From positions 448,001 to 512,000 of the forward strand of contig CAVSGI010000020.1 of the NCBI GenBank assembly GCA_963727445.1: a stretch of 64,000 nt of DNA, read 5' to 3'. The notes below the pieces were generated by a model. The model saw only the letters and a list, made by a program, of their open reading frames with translations. It did not search any database and was not told the origin of the DNA. A program made the translations under genes and the position numbers. Shown piece after piece: positions 1 to 11,200 of the stretch. This stretch comes from an uncultured delta proteobacterium (GTDB taxonomy: Bacteria > Myxococcota_A > Polyangia > Polyangiales > B10-G4). The first letter of the stretch is position 1. The number at the start of each line of letters is the position of its first letter.

Positions 1-826
1 CCACTTCCCGCCCCGACTCGGGCCGATCGGCAGGGCCCTTCGCGAGCATCCGAAACAGAAGCTCGACGATCGACGGATGCACGTCTTTGCGCACCTCGTC
101 GATGTCGGGCGGCGGCTCGTTCAGGATCGCCCGAGCCGCGGCCGCGCCATCGTCGCGCTGGTAGAGCCGATGGCTCGACAGCAGCTCGTAGAAGACGACC
201 CCCAACGCGAAGAGGTCTGCGCGCCGATCGGGCTCCTCGAAGCGGAGCTGCTCCGGCGCCATGTATCCGTATTTGCCTTTGAGCACGCCGGTGTGTGTTC
301 GGCTGATGCGCCCCCGCGCGCGCGCGACACCGAAGTCGGCCAGGCGCGCCGCACCGTCGTAGCCCAGGAGAATGTTCTGCGGCGACACGTCGCGGTGAAC
401 GACCTGCAATGGGTTTCCTTTTCCGTCGCGAAGCTCATGCACGCTGTGGAGCCCATCGGCGATCTGCCGGACGATGCGCGCGCAGAGCTGGACGGGCAGG
501 AGCTCGCCCTGCTGATGCGCCCACTTCAGCAGCGTGGAAACAGAGAGACCGCGAACGAAGTCCATCACGAGATAGGGCCCGCTCTCGTCCACCCCGACGT
601 CGAGCACGCTCACGACGTGCGGATGGTGGACCAGGCCGGCGATCCGGGCCTCGTCGAGAAACATCTGGCGTACCGCCTCGTCGTCGACGAAAGCCTCGCG
701 CAGGCGCTTTATCGCGTAAATGCGCCGGAAGTGCCCCTCTTCGCGGATCGCGAGCTCGACCCGCCCCATGCCTCCGCGCGCGAGCTCGCGGACGAAGTGA
801 TACTTGGTCCCGCTGCCGGTGCCCAC
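1..826 (-). CDS. Hanks-type Ser/Thr protein kinase (3' end runs off the window)
   Basis: Not in the ORF track. Manual translation from GTG 826 gives KYHFVRELARGGMGRV..YAIKRL..MFLDEARIAGLVHHPHVV..VHRDVSPQNILLGYDGAARLADFGVAR (Gly loop, catalytic loop, DFG). Confidence 0.93.
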   Translation of the reverse strand, partial: MGTGSGTKYHFVRELARGGMGRVELAIREEGHFRRIYAIKRLREAFVDDEAVRQMFLDEARIAGLVHHPHVVSVLDVGVDESGPYLVMDFVRGLSVSTLLKWAHQQGELLPVQLCARIVRQIADGLHSVHELRDGKGNPLQVVHRDVSPQNILLGYDGAARLADFGVARARGRISRTHTGVLKGKYGYMAPEQLRFEEPDRRADLFALGVVFYELLSSHRLYQRDDGAAAARAILNEPPPDIDEVRKDVHPSIVELLFRMLAKGPADRPESGREV

Positions 827-839
827 GGCGCATAGGGTA

Positions 840-2270
840 TCACCCTGCGAGGATCTCGCTGATCTGTCCCTCCGGCAACGTGGCGAGCTCGGCTGACTCG
901 TACTCGCCCTCTCCGGTCCCAGGAACGCCGAAGTTCGTGACGGGACCCCCGTCGGCCTCGCGAACGCCCACCGCGTTGAGGATCGTGGTCAGGAGGCGAT
1001 TGTGCGTGTCGGTCACGCGGATGTACTCGCCCTGTCGGAAGTAGCCACCGCAGCTGCCAGCGAGGACGTAGGGCATGTCCCAGACCTCGTGGCCGTTCGC
1101 CATTTCGTTGGTGTAGACGGCGACCGTGTTGTCGAGGAGCGTGTCGCCTGCCGGGCCGGGCTCGGGGTAGCTCGAGAGCTTCTCGAGCAGATAGGCGAAC
1201 TGCTCCGTGTGCCACACGTCGATGTCCCAGATCTGCTCCTGCCAGTCGGGGATGTCGTTGGCGTAGCCATGGGAGATGCCGTGATGCCCCTCGGTCTGCC
1301 CCAGCCATCGATAGGTGGAGGAGTCGCTGCCGCGTCCGAAGAGGAGCATGCCCACCCGCGACACGTCGGCGGCGAGGGCCATGGCGAGGATGTCCATGTG
1401 CATCCGGTGAATGATGGGGCGGTCGCCGCTGCCCGTGCTGGTGCCGATCTCCTCCATATGGGCTTCCACTTCGGGCGGGAGCGGCTCGATCAGGTTCATC
1501 TCCATCGCGCTCGTCTCGAGCTGGCGGATGCTCGTCAGATGCTGATCGACCACGACGCGGTCACCTGCGCTCAGGGGACCGCGCGGGCTCTGGAGCGCGG
1601 TGAGCTCTTCGCGGACGAGGTCGATGACGCTCTGGCGGCGGTTGATGATGCGGGCGCGCGTCTCGGCGTCGGCGGTGCTGAGCCCGACGAGCTCCTGATA
1701 GGCGTCCCATGGGTTCGACTCCATCGTCGCGGGCCGACCCTCGCCGAGCCAGGAGATGGTCTGGTAGGTGACCGTCGACGTCGGGAACCTCGTCCGGAGC
1801 AGGAGCGGCTCGCGCTCGGGATGCAGCGCAGCCGCCATCACCTGGTCGACGCTCGGCCCCACCGGCAACTGCCGGTTGTATTCGTTGGTGCCGAAGTCGT
1901 CGCCGTACATCAGCTGGGACGCGGTCCATCGCTTCACGTTGCCGTGAACGTGACCGGCGACGTTTCTGAACGACGGCCGGGTGTCCAGCCCTTCGAGGAA
2001 GAGCAGCTTGTCGCGAAACGCCCCCAGCGTGTGGGTCGTGCGGTTGGGATCGGCGAAGTGCGCGTCGCTCAGCCTGCCAGGCTCCGCGTTGGGCCAGAAC
2101 CGTCCCATCCGCACGCCGTTCGAATACTGGTACCCGATGAAACGCCGCGGCGGCACCGGCGTCTGAGACCTCGCGCTCGTAGGGACGAGGCCCTCGAGGA
2201 AGGGAAGCGAGAGCACGACGCCTCCCATGCCTTTGAGGAATCGTCGTCGACTCGAACTGCTCTTGCTCAT
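840..2270 (-). CDS. DUF1552-family protein with Tat-like signal
   Basis: ATG 2270 overlaps the upstream stop (ATGA). MSKSSSSRRRFLKGMGGVVLSLPFLE; SVDQVMAA, HHGISH, TLLDNT, PYVLAG motifs typical of DUF1552; lies downstream of a DUF1592 gene. Confidence 0.85.
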   Translation of the reverse strand: MSKSSSSRRRFLKGMGGVVLSLPFLEGLVPTSARSQTPVPPRRFIGYQYSNGVRMGRFWPNAEPGRLSDAHFADPNRTTHTLGAFRDKLLFLEGLDTRPSFRNVAGHVHGNVKRWTASQLMYGDDFGTNEYNRQLPVGPSVDQVMAAALHPEREPLLLRTRFPTSTVTYQTISWLGEGRPATMESNPWDAYQELVGLSTADAETRARIINRRQSVIDLVREELTALQSPRGPLSAGDRVVVDQHLTSIRQLETSAMEMNLIEPLPPEVEAHMEEIGTSTGSGDRPIIHRMHMDILAMALAADVSRVGMLLFGRGSDSSTYRWLGQTEGHHGISHGYANDIPDWQEQIWDIDVWHTEQFAYLLEKLSSYPEPGPAGDTLLDNTVAVYTNEMANGHEVWDMPYVLAGSCGGYFRQGEYIRVTDTHNRLLTTILNAVGVREADGGPVTNFGVPGTGEGEYESAELATLPEGQISEILAG

Positions 2271-3928
2271 GGTCCCTCCCATCCGGTGGTGCTGCGGTAC
2301 CGCATGACGTCGCTGAGGGCGGCGGCTCTGAGGACGGCCGGTGCCGGTCGATCCCCTCCTTCGAGCGCGCGCTCGAGCGGATCCACCAGACACGGATCGG
2401 GATCCGAGTCTGCGTAGACGAAGCGCGCCCAATGATCCGCGTAGCAAGCGACGAGCGCATCGCTGTCCGCGATGTCCCCTGCGAGCTCGTTCGCATCCGC
2501 GAAGGACACGGTCCGTCCGTCGATCTGCATCTCGCCGCTCGCATCCACCGGCACGCCGTTGTCCATCGCGCGGAATCGACCGAGGCTGTCGAAATGCTCG
2601 AGGGCGTAGCCCGGTGGATTGATGATCGAGTGACAGGTGTGGCACGGCTCCATCTGAAATCCGGCCTCGATACGCTGGCGCCGCGTCGTTCCCGGCTCGT
2701 CCATCCCGTCTTCGATGATCGCCTCGTTGTCGGCGGTCAGAGGCGGTGGCGTCCCGAGGCTCGTACAGAGGAGCGTCCGGTGGACGAAGAGGCCGCGATG
2801 GACCGGGTTGGTGTTGACCGCGACCGCGAAGGGCTGCGTCAGGATCCCCGAACGCTCACCCGGCATGTCGAAGGGGGCGGTCTCCCCCATCACCCCGTCG
2901 CCCATCCCATAGAGGTCGGTGAGCGTCGGGTCCAGGAAGATCCGTGGTGAGGTGAGGAGGGTGTCGAGGCTGCCGTCTTCCTCGAAGAGAGCGTAGGAGA
3001 GGAACGCGCGCAGGCTGGCGCGCAGGGGCTCGGTCACGTCCTGCCCGCTCTCCTGATCGATCACCGCGCGCGTCTCGCCGGCGAGCCCCAGCCACCGCTC
3101 GTGGAACCGGAGGATCGTCTCTTTCGCCCGGTCGTCGGCCAGCATCCGGCCGACCTGGGCGTCGATCTGATCGTCGGTGTGGAGCGCCGCCGCCGCGGCC
3201 GCCGCGAAGAGCTCGTCGTCGGGCATCGTGTTCCAGAGCAGGTAGGACAGGCGAGAAGCCATCTCGAAGTCCGTCGGGATGATGCGGTCCGCGTCCGCGA
3301 GCTCCTCGCTCAGCTCCACACGGTGCAGGAAGTGCGGGGATTGGAGGATCGCCGTCACGAGCAGCTCGATGCCGCTCTCGAAGCTGTCGTCCTCGGAGAG
3401 CTCGGCCCTCCTCTGGTAGAGCGCCTCGTAGCGCGCCTGTTCGTCCGCCGTGAGCGGGCGGCGATAGGCGCGCAAGCCGAACTCCTCGATGAAGCGCCGG
3501 GCACAAGCGTCCCCCTCGCTCGGATCACAGTCGACGAGGCGCGACAGCGCCGTCGAATCGCCCGCGATGATCGATGCGTTCTCCTCGGCCGAGCGCCGGT
3601 AGTCGCGGGCGAGGTTGTCGTCGATGAGCCCGTCGACCGTCGGAGTGAGCTCCACCTCGGAGATCTCCGCCGTCCGCAAGAGATCGCGGATCGTGTTGGC
3701 GTACTGCTCATGGGTGAGTCGGGGCACTCGGGTCGTCGGCGGAATCGCGCCGACCTCGCAAGTCGCCGGTTCCGCACAGGTGCCGTCCGAGCAAACTCGT
3801 CTCGGCTCGTCTGCGCCGGCCCCCCCGGCGTCGCTGATGTATCCCTGGCAGGCGTTGAGGGTCAGCGCCAGAGTCACCAGCGCCAGGCCCACGCACCATC
3901 CGCTCTTCGATCTCCAGTGTCCCGCCAT
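2267..3928 (-). CDS. DUF1592/DUF1595/DUF1588/DUF1585 multi-domain lipoprotein with a CxxCH heme motif
   Basis: Lipobox LNAC; RLTHEQYANTIRDLL, AYRRPL, LQSPHFL, ASRLSYLLWNTMPD, PVHRG, CHTCH..INPPGYALEHFD..GRFR. Confidence 0.88.
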   Translation of the reverse strand: MAGHWRSKSGWCVGLALVTLALTLNACQGYISDAGGAGADEPRRVCSDGTCAEPATCEVGAIPPTTRVPRLTHEQYANTIRDLLRTAEISEVELTPTVDGLIDDNLARDYRRSAEENASIIAGDSTALSRLVDCDPSEGDACARRFIEEFGLRAYRRPLTADEQARYEALYQRRAELSEDDSFESGIELLVTAILQSPHFLHRVELSEELADADRIIPTDFEMASRLSYLLWNTMPDDELFAAAAAAALHTDDQIDAQVGRMLADDRAKETILRFHERWLGLAGETRAVIDQESGQDVTEPLRASLRAFLSYALFEEDGSLDTLLTSPRIFLDPTLTDLYGMGDGVMGETAPFDMPGERSGILTQPFAVAVNTNPVHRGLFVHRTLLCTSLGTPPPLTADNEAIIEDGMDEPGTTRRQRIEAGFQMEPCHTCHSIINPPGYALEHFDSLGRFRAMDNGVPVDASGEMQIDGRTVSFADANELAGDIADSDALVACYADHWARFVYADSDPDPCLVDPLERALEGGDRPAPAVLRAAALSDVMRYRSTTGWEGP

Positions 3929-4143
3929 CCGTGATGCCCTCGTCCACAGAACCTAGGGGAGCGGCACGCAGCCGGCGATTACGGCGCAAGCGCGAAACGG
4001 GAACGAGCCTTGAAACGCAAGGCCAAACGGGCCCTCCCGCCACATCGAGCGCGGTACCGGAGGAAGAGCCGCGAAGAGCTCGTCGACGAGCGCGCTTCCA
4101 ATGATGGCGCAGGTATGATCCTTCGTACCGGTAGGAGGATCTC

Positions 4144-5115
4144 ATGACGAAGCTCTGGCCCCTCGGGGTGTTCGCGGCGGCGACGCTCGCGATGGCGTGT
4201 GGCGACAGCCACGAGACGACGGACGGCGCGGTCGACAGCGGCACGGTCGATGGGGCGAGCGATGGCGGAACGACCGACAGCGGGACGACCGACGGCACCG
4301 TCGACAGCGGCGGCGGGGGCGGCCCGTGTCCGGCCGTGCTGCCCGAGCCGAGCGCGACCTGTTCGCCCGAGGGGCTCGTCTGCGAGTACGGGATGCGCTC
4401 ATGCCTGGCGACGGCCGAATGCAGCGGAGGGACGTGGACCGTGACCACCCCGCGCTGTCCTCCACCCCCCGCGGGCGGCTGCCCGGCCACGCGCGAGGAC
4501 GCCCAGGGCACCGCGTGCGCGGGCGACGAGGGCGCCACCTGCGAGTACGACTCCCTCCTCTGTCATTGCACCACCTGCCCAGACCCCTATCCGCTCTGCA
4601 TGACGGTCGATCCGCCCGTCTGGGCCTGCGAGGCGCCGAACCCCGACACCTCCTGTCCCGCGGCGCAGCCGCTCCTCGGCACGACGTGCGCGATGGAAGG
4701 GCAGACCTGCGATTACGGTTGCGAGGCGGGGCAGCAGCGAGTGTGCATGGGCGGGATCTGGACGGCGGCCTCCTCACCCGGCGGCTGCCCCATCTCGACC
4801 CGGCGGGTCAAGCGCGACATCGACTACCTCGAAGCGACCGAGGTCGACGCGATCGCCCGCGAGGTCCTCGGCACGCGCCTCGCGACCTACGAGTACAAGG
4901 ACCCCGCGCTCGCACCCGGCCGGCATCTCGGCTTCATCATCGAGGACCAGCCCCATTCGTACTCCGTCGATCCCGAGAGGAGCCAGGTCGACCTCTATGG
5001 CTACACCAGCATGCTGGTCGCCGCGACCCAGGCGCAGAACCGCCGCATCGAGGAGCTCGAGCGCACCGTCACAGCTCTTCAACGTCAGGTCCAAGCACGC
5101 CAGTGCGCCCCATGA
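4144..5115 (+). CDS. Cys-rich lipoprotein with C-terminal Peptidase_S74-like intramolecular chaperone domain
   Basis: RBS GGAGG; lipobox AMAC; DSG/DG linker; three CP..P..G..C..EG..CxY modules; then STRRVKRDI..YEYK..HLGFIIED..VDLYG..LVAATQ and a coiled coil. Confidence 0.8.
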   Translation: MTKLWPLGVFAAATLAMACGDSHETTDGAVDSGTVDGASDGGTTDSGTTDGTVDSGGGGGPCPAVLPEPSATCSPEGLVCEYGMRSCLATAECSGGTWTVTTPRCPPPPAGGCPATREDAQGTACAGDEGATCEYDSLLCHCTTCPDPYPLCMTVDPPVWACEAPNPDTSCPAAQPLLGTTCAMEGQTCDYGCEAGQQRVCMGGIWTAASSPGGCPISTRRVKRDIDYLEATEVDAIAREVLGTRLATYEYKDPALAPGRHLGFIIEDQPHSYSVDPERSQVDLYGYTSMLVAATQAQNRRIEELERTVTALQRQVQARQCAP

Positions 5116-5200
5116 CCCGGAGGCGCGACGTCGGGCGGCAAGTCGACGCTAATTATGCGTTAGATTACAAAGCCTTTTATCCGTTGTGCATTTGTGGGAC

Positions 5201-5233
5201 TCACCCGCCTTCGATAGCATCGAGGGTGGGTGA
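5201..5233 (+). promoter_or_regulatory. 15-bp RNA stem-loop covering the SD-like sequence and GTG start of the giant repeat protein
   Basis: TCACCCGCCTTCGAT (5201-5215), loop AGC, ATCGAGGGTGGGTGA (5219-5233): 13 Watson-Crick and 2 G-U pairs; GTG at 5230-5232. Confidence 0.5.
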
Positions 5234-8200
5234 AAGCGTCGTCTCGAGGGGCTCGGCTGGGCACGCTGCTCTTGGCACTCCCCGCGTTGGTGAGCTGTGC
5301 AACGAAGGAGTGTCCGCCGGGCGGGGCCGGCATCTTCTGTCTCGACCCGGGTCCGGTCTCCGATAGCGGCGGCACCGACACCCCGTCCTGCGTCGCGGGC
5401 GAGACATGCGACACCGGCAACTCTTGCGAAGTGGGCGCGGTCGAGTGCGTCGGCGCCGTTGCGCAGTGCGTGAGCACTGGCCTGCTACCACCGGGCACCG
5501 AATGCGGGGTTGGGCTGTCTTGCGACGATGCCGGCGACTGCTCGATCTGCACTCCGGATGTCACCTGCGACACGGGCAACCCGTGTGAGGAGGGTCGGAT
5601 CGACTGCGGTTCCGGTGGGCCTGTCTGCATTCCACGCCAGGGCCTGCCATCGGGTACGCCTTGCGGCACCTCGGGCGTTTGCTCGGGCATGGGCGTCTGC
5701 AGCGAGTGTGTCGAGGGAACGACGTGCGACACGGGTGACCCATGCACGCGTGGCGTCTTCGACTGCTCCGGTGGCGATCCCGGCGTTTGCGTCGAGTCGA
5801 CAGACCTGCCGTCCGGCACCACGTGCGGTCCGGGGCTCGCCTGCGCCACAGGCGGCACCTGCAGCTCGTGCGTCGACGGGACGACGTGCGACACGGGCAA
5901 CCCGTGTGAGAACGGGGAGACGGACTGCGACGGGGATGCGCCCGTCTGCATCACGGCGGCGGACGTCCCACCGGGGACGCCTTGTGGGACGGCGGGGAGC
6001 TGCTCGGGCGCAGGCACCTGCAGCGAGTGCATACCCGGAACGACGTGCGACACGGGCAATGCGTGCACACGCGGAATGACCGATTGCAGCGCCGGCGGTG
6101 CGGGCGTGTGCATGGAGGTCGAGGACTTCCCCGCGGGGACGCGATGCGGCGCTGGGCTCGCTTGCGATGGGACCGGCGGGTGCACCCTCTGCGTCGATGG
6201 CGACGCGTGCACGACCGGCGCCTGCGAGACGGGCACGACCCGTTGCGTGAGCGGCTCGCCGGTCTGCGAGGTGACGGGCTCTGCGGGGGTCGGTGCGATC
6301 TGCCGGCCGTCCGCCGGCGCTTGTGATCTCGCGGAGGTTTGCGACGGGTCGATGACTTGCCCCGCGGACGGATTCGCGCCCGCCGGGACCCCCTGCCCCT
6401 CTGGCGAGTGCGATGGCGCCGGGACGTGCACCTCGACCTGTACGGACGGCGCGCCGTGCTCGACGGGCAGCCCCTGTGAAGTGGGCCGTGTCGACTGTAC
6501 GAGCGGCTCGGCCGTCTGCGTCGCCGCCGGACCGGCGACGGCGGGCACCGTGTGCCGCGCGGCGGTGGACGCATGTGACGTCGAGGAGACTTGCGACGAA
6601 GTGGCGACGGCGTGTCCGCTGGACGGGTTCTCGCCGGCCGGGGCGACGTGTCCGGGCGGGTATTGCGACGGGCTCGGCGGCTGCGGTGCGTGCAGCGCCG
6701 GAGCGCCGTGCTCGACGGGAAACCCCTGCGAGCTCGGCACGACGGATTGCGGCACCGGGGCTCCGGTGTGCGTGAGCGCGGGCGCCGCACCTGCGGGAAC
6801 CAGCTGCCGTCCCAGCGCCGGAGCCTGCGACGCCGAGGAGACCTGCGATGGCGCCGGCACCGTCTGCCCGCCCGACGCGCTGCTGGCTGCTGGTACGGCC
6901 TGCCGTCCGAGCGCAGGCGTCTGTGACGCCACCGAGGTCTGCGACGGGTCGAGCCCCGCGTGCCCGGCCGATGCCCCGGCCGGCGCGGGCACCATCTGCC
7001 GCGCCGTGGTGAGCCCATGTGACGTCGCGGAGGCATGCGACGGCGTGAGCACGACGTGTCCAGGTGATGCTGTCGCGCCGATGGGTACGAGCTGCCGGGC
7101 ATCGAGCGGACCGTGCGACGCCGCCGAGACCTGCGATGGCTCGGCGCCGACGTGTCCAGCAGACGCGTTCGATCCTGCGGGCACCGTGTGCCGCCCGTCC
7201 AGCGGGAGCTGCGACCCGGCCGAGAGCTGCGATGGCGGGTCGCCGACCTGTCCGGCCGACGCGCTCGACCCCGCCGGGTTCGTCTGCCGCCCGGCGGCGG
7301 GGGAATGCGACGCGGATGAGACGTGCGACGGTGCGAGCGTGCTCTGCCCGGCCGATGCGTTTCTCGCCGCGGGCACGATGTGCTCCCTCGGGAGCTGCGA
7401 CGGGGCGGGGATGTGCACGACGTGCACGCCGGGTGCGCCGTGCTCCACAGGCAACCCCTGCGAGCTCGGCGTCACGGATTGCACGGGCGGCGTGACTACC
7501 TGCGTAGCATCGGGTCCGGCGCCCGCGGGGACATCCTGCCGGGCTGCCGCGGACCTCTGCGACGCAGAAGAGCTCTGTGACGGGGTGAGCACCGTCTGCC
7601 CGCCGAACGGTGTCGCGGCCGCCGGCACCTCGTGTCGCGCGAGCGTGAGCGCGTGTGATGCGGAGGAGGTCTGCGACGGTGTCGGCTCCGCGTGTCCGGG
7701 CGACGCCGTGAGCCCGGCTGGCACCGTCTGCCGCGCCAGCGCCGGCGCCTGCGACAGCGCGGAGGTCTGCGACGGCGTCGGCGCCGCGTGCCCGGGCGAC
7801 GCCGTGAGCCCCGCCGGGAGCGTGTGTCGCGTGAGCGCCGGGGCGTGCGACGCCGCGGAGAGCTGTGACGGGACGAGTGGCCTCTGCCCCGCGGACGTCG
7901 TGAGCCCGGCCGGCACTTCGTGTCGCGCGAGCACGGGAGCGTGCAATCCCGCGGAGACCTGTGACGGCACGAGCGGCGCTTGTCCTGCGGACTCACTGGC
8001 CGCAGCGGGGACGACCTGTCGGGCGGCTTCGGGTGAATGCGACGTGGCCGAGACCTGCGATGGCGCGAGCACGTCGTGTCCGGTGGATGGCTATCAACCG
8101 GTGGGGACGGCGTGCTCGATCGGTGTCTGCGACGGTCTCAACATGTGCATCACCTGCACCGCGGGCGCGCCGTGCTCGACGGGCAACGCCTGCGAGCTGG

Positions 8201-11200
8201 GACAGATCGACTGCTCTGGCGGCATGCCCGTGTGCGTGGCGGCGGGCTTCGTGGCGGCGGGGACGGAATGCCGGGCGTCGACAGGCCCCTGCGACGCGGC
8301 GGAGGCCTGCACGGGATCGAGCGCGACATGTCCTGCGGATGCGCTGGCGCCGGCGGGGACGACGTGCCGCGCCGCAGCGGGCAGTTGCGACGTAGCCGAG
8401 GTGTGCGACGGAGCGAGCGCGATGTGCCCGGGGGATTCGATGGCGGCGGCGGGGACGACCTGTCGGGCGAGCGCGGGCGTGTGCGATTCGGCGGAGGTCT
8501 GCGACGGGCTGAGCTCCACGTGTCCGGCGGACGTCGTCGCGTCGGCGGGGACACTGTGCCGAGCGAGCGCGGGAACCTGTGATACGGCGGAGGTCTGCAA
8601 CGGGTCGAGCGGCACCTGTCCGGCGGATGGCTTCGTGGCGGCGGGCACGTCCTGCAGGGCCAGCACCGGTATCTGCGACGTCGCCGAGACCTGCACTGGA
8701 AGTAGCGCCACGTGCCCTCCGGATGCCCTCACCGCCGCCGGGACCATCTGTCGCGCCCAGAGTGGAGAGTGCGATGCGGCGGAGACGTGTGACGGAGCGA
8801 GCGCCGCGTGCCCTGCCGACGGCTACCAGGCCGTCGGCACGGTGTGCTCGGGTGGCGTGTGCGACGGAATGAACATGTGCATCGCCTGCAGCTCGGGAGC
8901 GCCCTGCTCGACGGGCAACGCCTGCGAGATCGGCCAGATCGACTGCTCCGGCGGAGCGCCGGTTTGCGTCTCGGCCGGCCTGCGCCCGGCAGGCACCGTC
9001 TGCCGTGCGTCGACGGGCGCCTGCGATGCCGCGGAGACCTGCACGGGATCGAGCCCGGTCTGTCCCGCGGACTCCCTCTCTCCCGCGGGCACCGTCTGTC
9101 GTGCGAGCGCCGGGGCATGTGACGTAGCGGAGACGTGCAGCGGCTCGAGCGCGACCTGTCCCGCGGATTCGCTCGCCGCGGGGGGAACGGTATGCCGCGC
9201 GAGCGCCGGGGCCTGCGACGTGGCGGAGACGTGCAGCGGTTCGAGCGCGACCTGCCCCGCCGATGTCGTCTCGTCCGCTGGTACGGTGTGCCGCGCGAGC
9301 GCAGGCGTCTGCGACGTCGCCGAGACGTGCAATGGGGTGAGCGGCGCGTGTCCGGCGAACGGCTTGGTCTCGTCGGGCACGGTGTGCCGACCATTGGCGG
9401 CCGGTGGCTGCGACGTGGCGGAGACGTGCACGGGCTCGAGCGCCTCGTGCCCCGCCGACGGTTTTGCTTCGTCGGGCACGGTGTGCCGGGCGAGCGCGGG
9501 GGCGTGCGACGTGGCGGAGACGTGCGAGCGGCTCGAGCGCGACGTGTCCGGCGAACGGCTTCGTCGCGGTCGGGACGGAGTGCGGGCGAGCGCGGGGGCG
9601 TGCGACGTGGCGGAGACGTGCAACGGGTTGAGCGCGGCGTGCCCGGCCGACGCTTTTGCTTCGTCGAGGACGGAGTGCCGAGCGAGCGCGGGGGCTGTGC
9701 GACGTGGCGGAGACGTGCACCGGGTCGAGCGCGGCATGTCCCGCGAACGGCTTCGTCTCCGGTGGGACGGAGTGCCGAGCGAGCGGCGGGGTCTGCGACA
9801 TCGCGGAGACGTGCACGGGCTCGAGCGCGGCGTGTCCGGCGAACAGCTTCGTCTCGTCGGGCACGGAGTGCCGCGCTCTCGCGGCCGGCGGGTGCGACGT
9901 GGCGGAGACGTGCAACGGTTCGAGCGCGGCGTGCCCAGCGGATGCATTTGCCTCGTCTGGGACAGTGTGCCGAGCGAGCGCGGGGGCGTGCGACGTTGCG
10001 GAGACGTGCAGCGGCTCGAGCGCGACCTGTCCCGCAAACGCCTACGCATCGTCGGGCACGGTCTGCCGCGCGGCTGCGGGCAGTTGCGACGTAGCGGAGA
10101 CCTGTACGGGCTCGGCGGCCACCTGCCCCGCCAACGCCCTCGTGTCCGGCGGGACTCAGTGTCGAGCGAGCGCCGGCGTCTGCGACGTAGCGGAGTCGTG
10201 CACGGGGTCGAGCGCGCTCTGCCCCGCCAACGGCTTCGTGTCCGGCGGGACTCAGTGTCGAGCGAGCGCTGGCGTCTGCGACGTGGCGGAGTCGTGCACG
10301 GGTTCGAGCGCGGCCTGTCCCTCGAACGGATTCGTGTCTGCGGGTACCGAGTGTCGAGCGAGCGCGGGCGTCTGCGACACGGCGGAGCAGTGCACGGGCT
10401 CGAGCGCATCGTGTCCGGCGAACGCCCTGACGCCGGCGGGCACGGAGTGTCGGGCGAGCACGGGCCCTTGCGACGTCGCAGAGACTTGCACGGGCTCGAG
10501 CACGTCGTGTCCGGCGAACGGGTACGTGGCAGCGGGGACCGAGTGCCGGGCGAGCGCGGGTGTCTGTGACGTGGCGGAGACGTGCAGTGGTTCGAGCGCG
10601 ACCTGTCCCGCGAACGGGTATGTGTCAGCGGGGACCGAGTGCCGGGCGAGCGCCGGCGTCTGCGACGTGGCGGAGCAATGCACGGGCTCGAGCGCATCCT
10701 GCCCCTTCAACCGATACCTGTCCTCGGCGACGGTCTGTCGCCCCACTGGCGCGGGTACCTGCGACGTCGCCGAAACGTGCACGGGCTCGAGCGCGTCCTG
10801 CCCACCCGATGGTTGCCTGACCTCGCAGTCCTGCTCGGAGTGCGGATACTCCGGCACGCAGACCTGTGACGGCACGTGCAACTGGGCCAATTGCGGCAAC
10901 TTCAGCTTCAGCCGCTACTACGACAACGTCGAGGTTCCCTTCACCCACTCCTGCGGCTACAACTGCGGCGACGGGCTCGGCGACTGGTGCATCCTCGGGG
11001 CGCCCGGCGGCGGCTGCGATCTCATCAGCGGCGGCCCCAGCCCGAGCATCACCGCGCCCCCCGGTCGCTACCGGGCCGACTTCTACTGGGGCGACGTCGG
11101 AACCCACGACTTCTACGCCTACGTCAACGGGGTCCTCGCGGGCTCGGCGACCTACACGAACAGCTCGTCGTCCAGCTTCCCCCACGTCTACGTGAACTTC

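Noticed and set aside
77..835. 252-aa plus-strand ORF
   Set aside because: Antisense shadow of the minus-strand kinase, which has all catalytic motifs.
9520..9700. Programmed frameshifting or phase variation in the adhesin
   Set aside because: No slippery heptamer or long homopolymer; three scattered indels within near-identical repeats fit sequencing/assembly error better.
6290..10815. Repeat array as CRISPR or DGR
   Set aside because: Units are in-frame, degenerate at third positions and have no unique spacers; no cas or reverse transcriptase gene.
5160..10899. Long minus-strand ORFs (970, 640, 624 aa and others) with repeats
   Set aside because: Antisense shadows of the Cys-rich repeat gene; GC-rich repeats lack stops.
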